Below, piece by piece: positions 1 through 10,220 of a DNA stretch of 64,000 bases. Position numbers and translations under genes: made by a program. The notes beneath the pieces are model-generated. The model was not told where the DNA came from and ran no database searches. It saw only the letters and a program-made list of their open reading frames with translations. Positions within the stretch are counted from its first letter, which is position 1. Every line of letters begins with the position of its first letter. The DNA comes from Bacteroidota bacterium (GTDB taxonomy: Bacteria; Bacteroidota; Ignavibacteria; UBA10030; UBA8401): assembly GCA_041665525.1 (NCBI GenBank), contig JBAYIS010000002.1, positions 80,040-144,039 on the forward strand, in the 5' to 3' direction.

Positions 1-194
1 ACCGTACTGTATGCCGTTGTCTGACCTGATGCAACATCATTAATATTGACGGTATTGCCCCCCGACGTCTGGATCTGAACATTTGCTTTATCCAAGCGTT
101 CATTTCGAATGCGGAATTGCGGGTCCTCTTCCGAGCAGCCGATCATTGCAAGGACTATTACAACAGCAAGAATATGTGCGAGAATTTTTTTCAT
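1..194 (-). CDS. lipoprotein, partial (N-terminal 64 aa in window; C-terminus lies beyond the left edge)
   Basis: ATG at 194-192 on the minus strand, preceded by AAGGAGAA about 8 nt upstream. It translates to MKKILAHILAVVIVLAMIGCSEEDPQF..., a signal peptide plus lipobox (LAMIGC). The reading frame stays open to position 1. Confidence 0.4.
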   Translation of the reverse strand, partial: MKKILAHILAVVIVLAMIGCSEEDPQFRIRNERLDKANVQIQTSGGNTVNINDVASGQTTAYST

Positions 195-513
195 ATGTTT
201 TTTCTCCTTTGACGAAATAGTGCATCATTGATTTCATTCTGACCAGCATTTACCAAAATTCCGGAACTTTGTTTACTCAGTGTACACACTTGTATATTTC
301 GCTTGTGTATAGTCCGAAATTGACCACAAGCCTCCTGTTCTGATATCTAATAAGGAATAATTTTCCGGCATAATAATTGTCTGATTTTTTCGGCCCGGAA
401 CGACAGACGGCACAGTGTTGTTCGATTCGGCATCCGTTGCCTGCAGGCTCGAACTTCCCCGCAGCTTTTTGTTGTGAGAGATGTTCATATGCTTTTCTTC
501 CTTCATCAATGCG

Positions 514-1269
514 TTATAAACCAAACAAAAGGCTGACAGTGAAGAGCATCGAATGGATGCTTCTGTCGTTGGAAATAAAATGTTTATCGTCCCCGACAGC
601 ATAGAGCGGATCTTTGCTGTCATTCAGCGCCAGATACGAATCGATTCGCTCATTGCCGGCAGGATTCATATCCAGCCATTCATTCCCGGAAATGTTCATA
701 AAATTATACGCCGTAGTGAAGTCGAGAGAAAGTAAAGGACCGATCGATACTTCGGCGCCAATGGTAAATCCTGCACCCAGGCGCGTGGCTTCTTTGACAC
801 TGTATGTTGCGCTGGGAATTTTTGAGACTCCCTGAAAATTTGCCTCACCGCTGAACCTGTTCCATGCCAGATTCACTCCGGCATACGGCCTGATCGGCAG
901 TGCCGGTATCGTGATATGGAATTCCGGCCCGACCTTCAATGATAGGATCTTCTGCGTTATTTCCACACTTCCCTGTCCCGGTTCACTGTTGCCGGTGTTT
1001 CCCAGCGATGAAAAATTTATCTCTCCAACCAGATCCACTCTTCCCAACCCCACTTTTCCTTTGCCGTGAATGTTTAATCCGCTGTTCTGTCCATATTTGG
1101 TACCGGTATAATATTCCATCGTGGAACCGTTTAGATCAGAAACAGCGCTGGTAATACCCACACCGGCCCCCGCTTTGAGATCCACCTGCGCCGTCATGAG
1201 CGGTGCAGTGATCATTGTCAGAAGAGCGATCGCGCCGATACATTTGGCGAGATATTGAATAATTGTCAT
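514..1269 (-). CDS. outer-membrane beta-barrel (porin-like/OmpA-like barrel) protein
   Basis: The ORF has a signal peptide (MTIIQYLAKCIGAIALLTMITAPLMTAQ) followed by alternating amphipathic beta strands rich in G/Y/N. Start moved to the internal Met that begins the signal peptide. Confidence 0.55.
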   Translation of the reverse strand: MTIIQYLAKCIGAIALLTMITAPLMTAQVDLKAGAGVGITSAVSDLNGSTMEYYTGTKYGQNSGLNIHGKGKVGLGRVDLVGEINFSSLGNTGNSEPGQGSVEITQKILSLKVGPEFHITIPALPIRPYAGVNLAWNRFSGEANFQGVSKIPSATYSVKEATRLGAGFTIGAEVSIGPLLSLDFTTAYNFMNISGNEWLDMNPAGNERIDSYLALNDSKDPLYAVGDDKHFISNDRSIHSMLFTVSLLFGL

Positions 1270-1370
1270 ACTTCCTCCGCTAACATTGTCGTGCGGTAAA
1301 TAATCTCTCGTTCTCAACAGATGCTGAGAACGAGAGTATCCGTATGTCTGCTATTCTTTTCAATTTTAGG

Positions 1371-3875
1371 TCACTTCAGCAAAACCATTTTCTTCATTGA
1401 AGAGAACGATCCGGATTCCAGACGGTAAAAATATACGCCACTGGCAAGGTTCAGTGCATCTGTCGAAAATGCAACGGCATATGTTCCGGCATCTTGCGAA
1501 CTATTCACCAGTGTTGCTACTTCTTCTCCAAGAATCGAATAGACCTTCAGCGTCACCTGAGCACCAATACTGATACTGTATTCAATCGATGTGGATGGAT
1601 TGAACGGATTCGGATAATTCTGTTGTAGTGCAAACTGAACGGGGATTGCATCCTGATTCGTGACTCCCGTTGTTCTTGGAAGTGAAATGGTTTTGTATGT
1701 TCCGCCCCATTCGCTCCCCCACCACGATTTGAAATACGAACCGCGTGCACTATCCCATGCTGCCATCGGATGCTGATATCCATCCGGATCGAAAATGGTC
1801 ATAGCAACCTTCAGATTGACGGTGCTTGTTGATGCTGTAAACCCGAGCGTACTTAGTTTGATCTTCAGTTCAGCCGTATATCCGTTGTCGATGTTCAATG
1901 TATCGTTCACTGTTGAACCTGCGGTTAAGAATCCCGCACCGGCGCCGGAATTCAGCACCTGTTCTTCGTAACGGATCGTATCTTTGTTGGCATCGGTATT
2001 CTGCCAGTACAATTTGAATTCTTTATCGTCTCCCGCCGAGTTTTTGATCTTCAAGAACAAACCGTCCGCTTCCCAATCGAATTTGCAGATAGATTTATCC
2101 GGAGACTGGATACCGATAAACAGTTCGTTTCCTTTCACAAGGAATTTTACTTTGGTATAGCTGGTGTCCTTGTACGGCAGATAGTATTGCACGCCGTTGA
2201 CGTTGAAACTATTTTTCACGTCGATTCCTCCGGTGACGGTTTTTTCCGTTCCGGTTGTGGGTGCAGTGGAAGGGCCGAAGACCAGTGTGTTTGCCGTGGC
2301 CCAATCCGTTTCCGTCAGTTTGCCGTCCATGGTGATGACGGAAGAAGAGATCTTTGCGGCAATCGTATCGGTATTGTCATACTCTTTGATGAAACCAAGC
2401 GTTCTGTACGTGCCGCCCCATTCGCTTCCCCACCACGATTTGTAGTATGAACCGCGGGCAGAATCCCACGAGTTCATCGGATGCTTGAATCCATCCGGAT
2501 CGAAGATCGTCATCGCCAATTCCAGCGAACTGAGCGATTGTGCATATCCCAGCGAACCCAATTTCAATTTCATTTCCGCGGTGTACCCGTTGTCGGTATT
2601 CGCCGTGTCGTTCACCGTAGAACCGACCGGCAGGAAACCTGCACCTGCGCCGGAATTCAAAACTCCTTCTTCGTATTTGATGGAGTCTTTATTTGCGTCG
2701 ATATTCTGCCAGTACAATTTATATTCTTTATCGACTCCAACGGAGTTTTTCACTTTCATGAAGAGGCCGTCTGCTTCCCAATCGAATTTGCAGATGGATT
2801 TGTCGTTCGACTGCAGACCGATATAGAGATCGGAACCGCGGCGGAGAAATTTTACCCGCGTCCACGAACTATCCTTGTTCGGCACATGATAGGTCACAGC
2901 ATTAACGTCAAATGATGCCTTCAGATCGAAGCCGGCTGTCACCGATTTGTCCCCTTCCAGTTTGCGTCCATCGGCTCCTTTGCCGAACAGCAGCGACGGC
3001 GCGCCGTTCCAATCTGCTTCGTCCAGCTTCCCGTCCAGGAGAACCGGTGCACCGGCATTCTTCACGATAAGCTTCAAAGGATCGTCGAATGGTTCAACCA
3101 CCGGCGGCAGTGTGACGGTGCTGGAGGCCAGTGTCACCGCAGCATTACTCGCGAGTGCCCTGCCGTCCAATGTTGCTCCTGTTCCAAGAGTTATGGATTG
3201 TGCCGCCAGGATCGTTCCTTTCATGATAGAGGTCGTGCCAAGCGCAGCAGATGTACCGACCTGCCAAAAAATATTTGATGCCTGCGCACCGCCGGAAAGA
3301 ACTACGTGAATGCCGTTGCCGACATTCAATGCTGCAGAGATCTGGAATATCCACACATCGGTTGCGGTACCGGTCAACGTTAGATCAGATCCGGTAATCA
3401 GCGCATCGCTGGTGAACTTATACAGTCCCGGGACGAGTGTTAAGCCTCCCATGTTGCCGGATCCCGGATTGAGGAATGTTCCGGTCGGTACTGGTGTGCG
3501 TCCTGCTGCTTCGTTAAAGGCAATCGTCAGATCCCCTTTTGCCGCTGTAAGCTGCGCCGGTGCCATGATGGAACCAACCGGCCCCGTAGCATCAACGGTG
3601 TAGATATTCCCGGTGATCTCGGTCAGACCAAAACCGGTGATCGCGCTTCCTGCAGCCGGACTTAAACCGATATTTCCCGTCACGTTTGATGTTGGTACGT
3701 TGGAGATCAATGATCCGGCAAGGATCACATAATCAGCCGTTGAACCTAAGTTCAGAGGTGCAATCGGTTGCGCGGAGACCGTTGCGCTGACCGCAATGAA
3801 GGCAGCAATACATAGACCGGTGAAACGCAACCAGAATGTTGAGCCCCGTGTTGGTGTTTTCGTAGTAATATTCAT
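1371..3875 (-). CDS. secreted DUF3494 (ice-binding-like beta-helix) protein with two tandem ~239-aa repeat domains and a T9SS C-terminal sorting domain
   Basis: GGGAGG RBS 6 nt upstream of ATG at 3875. Signal peptide, then DUF3494 hallmarks (YVILAGSLISN..TGNIGLSPAAGSAITGF ... ASNIFWQVGTSAALGTTS..GTILAAQSITLGTGATLDGRALA). Two near-identical ~239-aa modules (KSICKFDWEADGLF...WGSEWGGTY) follow. The T9SS CTD is NYPNPFNPSTSIEY...GVYFYRL...KKMVLLK. Confidence 0.85.
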   Translation of the reverse strand: MNITTKTPTRGSTFWLRFTGLCIAAFIAVSATVSAQPIAPLNLGSTADYVILAGSLISNVPTSNVTGNIGLSPAAGSAITGFGLTEITGNIYTVDATGPVGSIMAPAQLTAAKGDLTIAFNEAAGRTPVPTGTFLNPGSGNMGGLTLVPGLYKFTSDALITGSDLTLTGTATDVWIFQISAALNVGNGIHVVLSGGAQASNIFWQVGTSAALGTTSIMKGTILAAQSITLGTGATLDGRALASNAAVTLASSTVTLPPVVEPFDDPLKLIVKNAGAPVLLDGKLDEADWNGAPSLLFGKGADGRKLEGDKSVTAGFDLKASFDVNAVTYHVPNKDSSWTRVKFLRRGSDLYIGLQSNDKSICKFDWEADGLFMKVKNSVGVDKEYKLYWQNIDANKDSIKYEEGVLNSGAGAGFLPVGSTVNDTANTDNGYTAEMKLKLGSLGYAQSLSSLELAMTIFDPDGFKHPMNSWDSARGSYYKSWWGSEWGGTYRTLGFIKEYDNTDTIAAKISSSVITMDGKLTETDWATANTLVFGPSTAPTTGTEKTVTGGIDVKNSFNVNGVQYYLPYKDTSYTKVKFLVKGNELFIGIQSPDKSICKFDWEADGLFLKIKNSAGDDKEFKLYWQNTDANKDTIRYEEQVLNSGAGAGFLTAGSTVNDTLNIDNGYTAELKIKLSTLGFTASTSTVNLKVAMTIFDPDGYQHPMAAWDSARGSYFKSWWGSEWGGTYKTISLPRTTGVTNQDAIPVQFALQQNYPNPFNPSTSIEYSISIGAQVTLKVYSILGEEVATLVNSSQDAGTYAVAFSTDALNLASGVYFYRLESGSFSSMKKMVLLK

Positions 3876-4033
3876 AGAAGACCTCCCTAACAAGTGTGAA
3901 AGAAGATCAGTGCCGAACCGACGATGGGAATATCTCCGGTTCAGCACTGATCTTTAGATCTGATGAATTAAGTAATACTATTTCAGGAATCTTATATAGT
4001 CGGCATGAACCAACTTCATAATCAGGACCATGC

Positions 4034-5323
4034 TTAATGATTTTGTTTCTTCTCATCCTTGCAGTCTTTGTGCAACTGTATGTTACCGCCCAACAGCATT
4101 CCCGACAACTGGTATCCGTTGGAGAGTTGAATACTGAAACTATCCGAACGACCCGGTTCACCATTGTCAACCACAGTCACGGAATAGGAATAGGAACCAT
4201 TTCCGTTGACGGTTGCAAGCCCTTCAATACGACGCGTGACGGCATCGATAACAAAGTATCCGGTAACGCTCGTGCTTTTTACTTTTACGCCGTTTGCACT
4301 GTGGTCATCGTACGAGAGCTGACCCCAGAACTCATTGTGCTTGATCCCGCCGGAAACACCGAAAGTGGCCTTGGTATCCTTGTCATTCTTTTGTCCATCC
4401 GCTTTGATCCATCCTCCGCCGGTGATGAAATCATCACACACGGGTTGCGGGGGTAACGGTCCGCCATTGGAACTGCCGCAGACCGAGATGGTATCTTCGA
4501 TCATGGTCACGGCTCCATTCAACGCCAAGATTCTTCCATCAACGCTCGCACCGGAAGTCATTGTGATGGTGGTTGTCGCTATGACAGTTCCGATGAACTC
4601 AGCTCCGTCGATCGTTGCCGAAGAACCGATCGTCCAGTACACGTTCGATCCTGTGCAGGTCTGATTGGAACTGTTCAGTGCCACGACCTTGGAACCGGTC
4701 ATCGTGACCAGAGTCGAGCCCATTTGGAAAATGAAGAGAGCGTCATTGTTTCCCTGGAAATCAAGATAGATCGTACCGTTCACCTGAAGATTGGCAGATG
4801 GTGAAAAACTGTACACACCGGGAGTGAACGTCATACCATCCAGTTGCGTAACACCCGAATAGACCGTATTGGGTGTCTGAGCGATGAGATAATTGTAAGC
4901 AATCACTGCATCGTTATGCGCCTGAGCTGCTACTGGACCGCCGGCATAGATCGTGCCGTTGACGATACCCAAACCGGCTGTCACTGTTCCCGGCCCTGAA
5001 ATCAAGTTGATGGGTGAAGGTTGAAAACCTGTGATTGCGGTTCCCGGACTGACACCCAAATCACCATTGACCACGGAAGCGCCGTCGTTGGTAACGGTGG
5101 TTGCTCCCAAAACTGCGAACGTTGATGCCGTTCCCAGAATCGATATTTCTGAAGCCTTCAAAAGTGAACCAGAACGGCTTGCGTCATTTTGGTTATTGAG
5201 TGCCGTTGGTGTGTTTGAATCGCATCCGGCCAGGATTATCATAGCCGTAAAGAATATTAGAATACCAACCGCACGCGCCACATGATCAGCGGATGACCGG
5301 TGTCGAAGATTTACATTATTCAT
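4034..5323 (-). CDS. DUF3494 (ice-binding-like) lipoprotein with a distinct ~130-aa C-terminal domain, no T9SS CTD
   Basis: ATG at 5323 with GAGGA upstream. Lipobox ILAGCDS. DUF3494 motifs (FAVLGATTVTN..GDLGVSPGTAITGF ... TGSNVYWTIGSSATIDGAEFIGTVIATTTITMTSGASVDGRILALNGAVTM). Confidence 0.8.
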   Translation of the reverse strand: MNNVNLRHRSSADHVARAVGILIFFTAMIILAGCDSNTPTALNNQNDASRSGSLLKASEISILGTASTFAVLGATTVTNDGASVVNGDLGVSPGTAITGFQPSPINLISGPGTVTAGLGIVNGTIYAGGPVAAQAHNDAVIAYNYLIAQTPNTVYSGVTQLDGMTFTPGVYSFSPSANLQVNGTIYLDFQGNNDALFIFQMGSTLVTMTGSKVVALNSSNQTCTGSNVYWTIGSSATIDGAEFIGTVIATTTITMTSGASVDGRILALNGAVTMIEDTISVCGSSNGGPLPPQPVCDDFITGGGWIKADGQKNDKDTKATFGVSGGIKHNEFWGQLSYDDHSANGVKVKSTSVTGYFVIDAVTRRIEGLATVNGNGSYSYSVTVVDNGEPGRSDSFSIQLSNGYQLSGMLLGGNIQLHKDCKDEKKQNH

Positions 5324-5634
5324 GGTGTCCTCAATAGTTGTGTGAAAGAAATTGATGCTTTTGAATAAGCACTCAATACTTTCAAAAAAGTATCTCATTG
5401 TGAGATTGAATGGTAAATCATAATCAAGGGCGTTGTAACCAGTATTGTCCGGAGCAATCACCCCCGCGGAAACCGCGCACTAAAAACGCAATCACATGCT
5501 TCGGACTGATGGAAGTTGTTCGTCGCCCCCGGTTTACCTCATGTCTTAATGAATGGATACGTGAGAGAACACAAATATTGGAACATGAAAAAAATTACCC
5601 CGCCCTGACGGACGGGATATTCATTTCTCATTTG

Positions 5635-7632
5635 TTATTTCATCAGGACCAATTTCTTGGTAGAGATGAACTGATCCGCCTGCAGCCGGTAAAAATAGAT
5701 ACCGCTGGCAAGATTATTCACATCCGCAGTGAACCGGACAGTGTACACTCCTGCTTGCTGACGGTTGTTTACCAGCGTTGCGACTTCCTCTCCCAGAATG
5801 GAATAGACCATCAGCGATACCTGTGCAGCTGCGCCGATGCTGTATTCGATTGTGGTAGAAGGATTGAACGGATTCGGATAGTTCTGCGACAACGTGAATC
5901 CATCAGGCACAGTGGCCAATTGAACTTCATTAACAATCGGAATTCCGCCGATTGTTGTCGCATTCAACACTATCGAATCGGTTTTCGCCAATAATCGTCC
6001 ATAGACAACTGCTCCGTTGTTTGCTGTTATGGAAGATGAAGCCATAATGTTGCCACTGAATGTTGAGTTGGCTCCAAGTGTTGCCGAGGTTCCTACCTGC
6101 CAGAATATGTTGAACCATTGTGCACCATTGACGAGCTTCACATAACTTTCAGTCGCTGTGGTCAGCGCACCGGTCATTTTAAAGACCCATACTGCGCTCG
6201 CGTCACCCTTTGCATCAAGTGTCAGCGTATCGGTTACACCGAATGTGCCAAGACTGGAAGTATACACGCCTTGTGTATAGACTTTCCCGCTCAATTCAGA
6301 AGAGATGGTTGAATCGTTGCCACGGTCAACCGTACTGTCGTACGCCGCCTTCAACGCAAGCTGTGCAGCAGCAGAAGTTGCATTCCCCGGATGTTTTGCA
6401 CCTGTCACTGTTGCCGGTGGAAATCCTGTGATGACCGTGCTCGGGCTGACACCGATATCGCCGGTGATCGCTGTAAGACCGGTACTGACGATCTTTGAGC
6501 CGGCAAGGACTCTAAAATTAGCGGCTGTGCCAAGAAATACTGCCGGAGAAATTGTTGCTGTCGCTGTTCCCCCGATCGTATTGGATTGCAAAGTAACCGA
6601 TGCGGTCCGCGACATTGCTCTCCCTTCCAGCGATGCGCCGGTAGCAAACGTCACTGCCGTGTGCGCTAAGATTGTCCCTTTCATTTTGCACGTGGTACCG
6701 AACGTGGCCGCACTTCCGACCTGCCAGAAAATATTGGAAGCATTCGCGCCGCCGGCGAGAAAAATCTGGCGCCCTGATGTCATATTGAAGTTGGAAGCAA
6801 TCTGGAAAATCCACACCGCATTCACATCTCCTTGTGAATCAAGCGTAAGGTCACCATCGGTGATCTCCAGAGAACCGTTGGATTTATAGAGACCCGGGTA
6901 AAGCGTTCTGCCGCCAAGATTTCCGGAAACTCCGATCGGATCGACCGTCCGGCCCGCTGCATCGTTAAATGCAATTGTCAGATCGCCCATGGCAACGGTC
7001 AGCATCACCGGATATGGGATCGAACCGGATGGTCCGGTCGCATCAACTCCATAAATAGTTCCGACAACATTCGGTGTACCAAATCCGGTCATATACGATC
7101 CGGCAAGAGGACTTACCCCGACATTTCCGGTAATGACCGAAGGGCCCGTATTAGTGATTCCGGCATACGAAAGAATTGCAAATCCGCCGGACATACCGAG
7201 TGTAACCGGTAAGAGTGGTGTTATGGGAGTGATATTCCATGTCGTGAATTTCCGGGCGGTTGAGAAGGCGCTTTTTAATCCGCCATTCTTTGCACTATCC
7301 CGCACACTCACTCGCCAGTAATACGTGACAGAGTTTTTTAGTCCGGTGATGGAATGGGAAACTCCCGCAAGTGTGGAATCGTTATACAATGCGGTACCAA
7401 AGATATTGCTGGTATCAATTTGAAGATGATACGCACTATCGCCGGAAGCAGCCTGCCATTGTAATTGGATTGTAGTTGATTGATTGATTGCCCCATTGGC
7501 AGGTGATAATAGCACCGGCACTAACTGGGCAACAGCGGTTGTGCTGATCAACAGCACAGTGACAAGTGCGGTTCCGAAGAACCGTTTCATGCGTCCGCTA
7601 AGCGGTTTGGAATACAGTGAATTCGTTTTCAT
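5635..7632 (-). CDS. secreted protein: FN3-like domain, two tandem DUF3494 domains, T9SS C-terminal sorting domain
   Basis: Signal peptide. N-terminal FN3-like module (LLSPANGAINQ..YYWRV). Two DUF3494 copies (ASNIFWQVGSAATFG.. and QWFNIFWQVGTSATLG..). CTD QNYPNPFNPSTTIEY..GIYFYRL..KKLVLMK. Confidence 0.85.
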   Translation of the reverse strand: MKTNSLYSKPLSGRMKRFFGTALVTVLLISTTAVAQLVPVLLSPANGAINQSTTIQLQWQAASGDSAYHLQIDTSNIFGTALYNDSTLAGVSHSITGLKNSVTYYWRVSVRDSAKNGGLKSAFSTARKFTTWNITPITPLLPVTLGMSGGFAILSYAGITNTGPSVITGNVGVSPLAGSYMTGFGTPNVVGTIYGVDATGPSGSIPYPVMLTVAMGDLTIAFNDAAGRTVDPIGVSGNLGGRTLYPGLYKSNGSLEITDGDLTLDSQGDVNAVWIFQIASNFNMTSGRQIFLAGGANASNIFWQVGSAATFGTTCKMKGTILAHTAVTFATGASLEGRAMSRTASVTLQSNTIGGTATATISPAVFLGTAANFRVLAGSKIVSTGLTAITGDIGVSPSTVITGFPPATVTGAKHPGNATSAAAQLALKAAYDSTVDRGNDSTISSELSGKVYTQGVYTSSLGTFGVTDTLTLDAKGDASAVWVFKMTGALTTATESYVKLVNGAQWFNIFWQVGTSATLGANSTFSGNIMASSSITANNGAVVYGRLLAKTDSIVLNATTIGGIPIVNEVQLATVPDGFTLSQNYPNPFNPSTTIEYSIGAAAQVSLMVYSILGEEVATLVNNRQQAGVYTVRFTADVNNLASGIYFYRLQADQFISTKKLVLMK

Positions 7633-7707
7633 AAAGCCTCTTTCGATTGGATAGTTGTGGAGTGTATCAAATATCGGACGGAGATTCGTATCCGTCGATC
7701 AGAGATA

Positions 7708-8787
7708 CTACTTCAACAGGGTAAATTTTTTCGTTGAAACGAATGATCCTGCGTTCAAACGGTAAAAATACACACCGCTCGATATATTGTCCGCAAGAGT
7801 ATTGGTATTAAATTGAACTGCATACACACCGCCCACTTGTTCCTCCTGCACCAGTGTGGCCACTTCTCCGCCGATCAGATTGTACACTTTCAAGGAAACG
7901 TGGACAGGTTTCTCAATTGAGTATTGGATAACAGTGGAGGGGTTGAACGGATTCGGATAATTCTGTTCCAGGGCAAAGACTTTCGGCACAACTGTTCCGA
8001 CAGCCGCGGTGACTGAAGAAGGCAATGTAATTACATTGGCCGCCAACGTAACAGCCGCACTGCTGGCGAGCGCTCGTCCTTCTAATGCGGCTCCCGTTGC
8101 CAGAGAGATAGATTGCGCAGCCATGATCGTACCTTTAAATACTGAAGTGGTCCCAAGCGTTGCCGAAGTGCCCACCTGCCAGAAGATATTTGACGCTTTT
8201 GCGCCGCCGGCAAGGATCACCTTAATTCCTGTCCCTACATTCAGCGTGGTGCCAATTTGGAATATCCACACAGCAGTAGAGTTGCCGCTCAGCGTCACGT
8301 CCGATCCGGTAATCGCAGCTGTTGTGGTGAATTTGTACAGTCCCGGTACCAATGTCATACCGCCGATATTGCCTGTCCCCGGATTCAGGAATGTTCCCGA
8401 GGGAATTGGTGTCCGGCCGGCTGCATCATTATAGGCGATGGTAAGATCACCCTTTGCAGCAGTAAGAATTACTGGGGAAATTGTCGCACCGACAGGTCCG
8501 GTCGCATCGACAGTGTAAAATTTCCCGTTCAATTCAAGCAGTCCGAATCCGGTAATGCCGCTCCCGGCGGCAGGACTGAGACCGATATCGCCGGTGACGT
8601 CCGAAGTCGGAACGTTCGACACAAGCGAACCGGCAAGAACGACAAAATTTGCAGTCGAATTCAGATCGACCGGTTGGAGCACTTGTGACTGGACTGTCCC
8701 GGAGATCATCAGCAAAAATGCCAATGAGGCGGCGACGAAACGTATCGTTGACCGGATTGTTGTTATGTTGTTTGTAAGAATGTTCAT
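7708..8787 (-). CDS. secreted DUF3494 (ice-binding-like) protein with T9SS C-terminal sorting domain
   Basis: AGAGG RBS upstream of ATG at 8787. Signal peptide, a single DUF3494 domain with about 80% DNA identity to the 1371-3875 paralog. CTD EQNYPNPFNPSTVIQY..GVYFYRL..KKFTLLK. Confidence 0.85.
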   Translation of the reverse strand: MNILTNNITTIRSTIRFVAASLAFLLMISGTVQSQVLQPVDLNSTANFVVLAGSLVSNVPTSDVTGDIGLSPAAGSGITGFGLLELNGKFYTVDATGPVGATISPVILTAAKGDLTIAYNDAAGRTPIPSGTFLNPGTGNIGGMTLVPGLYKFTTTAAITGSDVTLSGNSTAVWIFQIGTTLNVGTGIKVILAGGAKASNIFWQVGTSATLGTTSVFKGTIMAAQSISLATGAALEGRALASSAAVTLAANVITLPSSVTAAVGTVVPKVFALEQNYPNPFNPSTVIQYSIEKPVHVSLKVYNLIGGEVATLVQEEQVGGVYAVQFNTNTLADNISSGVYFYRLNAGSFVSTKKFTLLK

Positions 8788-8909
8788 AATGCCTCTGGTA
8801 GATGGTGTACTGACGACGCGTCCTGTGTTCATGTACGCATTCTCCTCCGGAGGGGAGAATGCGCTGCTCATACTTAAGCTCAGGACAATAAAAAATATTT
8901 TTCCTGCGG

Positions 8910-10181
8910 CTATTTCATCAATAGCATTTTCTTTGTCTCAACAAACGCTCCTGATTGGAGCCGATAAAAATAGACACCGCTCGTTAATATGCCTGATCCG
9001 GACGATGCTGTGAACGGGACCGAATAATTCCCCGCTTCCTGACTGCTGTTCACAAGGTCAGCCACTTCTTCACCGATGACATTATAGACTTTCAGCGAAA
9101 CCTTTGCGGTGTTTGCAAGACTGTAATGAATCATGGTAGACGGATTGAATGGATTAGGAAAATTATTCATAAGCGCATATTCTTTCGGAGCGCCGGTAAT
9201 TGTTACTTCCACTGCTTGCGAATATTCAAACTTTCCATCACGATCGATTTGTTTCAGTCGGTAAGAATATTTCCCTTCTAAAAGACTTTCGTCGGAAAAG
9301 GAATATTGCTTCGGTGCGTTGGTTGTTCCGCTTCCTTCCACAAAACCTAATTTGTTCCAACTGATAACTGATGACTGGCGACTGACATCTGTTCTTTCTA
9401 TTTCAAATCCATAATTATTCACTTCCGTGGCCGTTGACCATTGAAGTAAACTGCCCGCACGGTGAGCGGTTGCGGTAAATGTCGAGAGCTCCACAGGAAG
9501 AGTTGAAGTACCTGTTAACGTCACTCCGGCGTCTCGCGCCAATGTTCTTCCTTCAATGGTGCCGGTATTTTGTGTAATAGCAGTATTTGCAAGAATAACT
9601 CCTTTGAATGTCCCATCAATGGTCGCGGAACTGCCAAGCTGCCAAAACACATTAGACCACACTGCACCGCCGGTGAGCAATACGTTGCATGTTACTCCGG
9701 TAATCAGGGTCGTACTCGCCTGGAAGATAAAAATGTCGCTTGCGGAACCGTTCAATGTCAGCGTTCCATTAATCCCAAATGTTCCGGAGGAGTAGATTCC
9801 GCGGCCTAATGTTAATCCTCCCAATTCCACTCCCAATGCCTCATCGGCGGAGCGCACCGATACATCCGCAATAACGGTTGCAAGATCTGCGAGAGCCGTC
9901 GTCACGACTCCGCCGGCTGTATAGATCGAACCGGTAATGACACCATTGTTCGTCACCGATGTACCGCCCGCATCTCCGGTGATGGTTGATGCGGCACCGT
10001 TCGTCAGCGCGGTACCGGCAAGCGCACGGAAATTACCCGCTGTTAAGAGATCAACAGGTGCCGGATTGGTGTGCTGTGAAAACGTGATGAGCGGCAGAGT
10101 TAATGCACACACCAAAAGCGTTCCTATGGTGCGCATATTCACTATGCGCTGTTGCAAGTTATTCTTAAGAGAGTATTTCAT
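8910..10181 (-). CDS. secreted DUF3494 protein with an ~80-aa linker domain and T9SS C-terminal sorting domain
   Basis: Signal peptide. DUF3494 motifs (FRALAGTALTN..TGDAGG ... WSNVFWQLGSSATIDGTFKGVILANTAITQNTGTIEGRTLA). A linker domain (LPVELSTFTATAHRAGSLLQWSTATEVNNYGFEIER...) precedes the CTD (NFPNPFNPSTMIHYSL..GVYFYRL..KKMLLMK). An alternative start exists at the internal Met at 10136. Confidence 0.8.
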   Translation of the reverse strand: MKYSLKNNLQQRIVNMRTIGTLLVCALTLPLITFSQHTNPAPVDLLTAGNFRALAGTALTNGAASTITGDAGGTSVTNNGVITGSIYTAGGVVTTALADLATVIADVSVRSADEALGVELGGLTLGRGIYSSGTFGINGTLTLNGSASDIFIFQASTTLITGVTCNVLLTGGAVWSNVFWQLGSSATIDGTFKGVILANTAITQNTGTIEGRTLARDAGVTLTGTSTLPVELSTFTATAHRAGSLLQWSTATEVNNYGFEIERTDVSRQSSVISWNKLGFVEGSGTTNAPKQYSFSDESLLEGKYSYRLKQIDRDGKFEYSQAVEVTITGAPKEYALMNNFPNPFNPSTMIHYSLANTAKVSLKVYNVIGEEVADLVNSSQEAGNYSVPFTASSGSGILTSGVYFYRLQSGAFVETKKMLLMK

Positions 10182-10220
10182 TGTTGCCCCCGATATTATT
10201 GTGGAGAATTTTCTCCCGTA

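Noticed and set aside
2947-3309. Plus-strand ORFs antisense to the DUF3494 genes (2947-3309, 6305-6889, 8009-8434). They share peptide stretches such as (V/L)PTCQKI(F/L)(D/E)AFAPP.
   Set aside because: The conservation comes only from the high DNA identity among the minus-strand paralogs. They lie fully inside well-supported genes, have no RBS, and have low-complexity composition.
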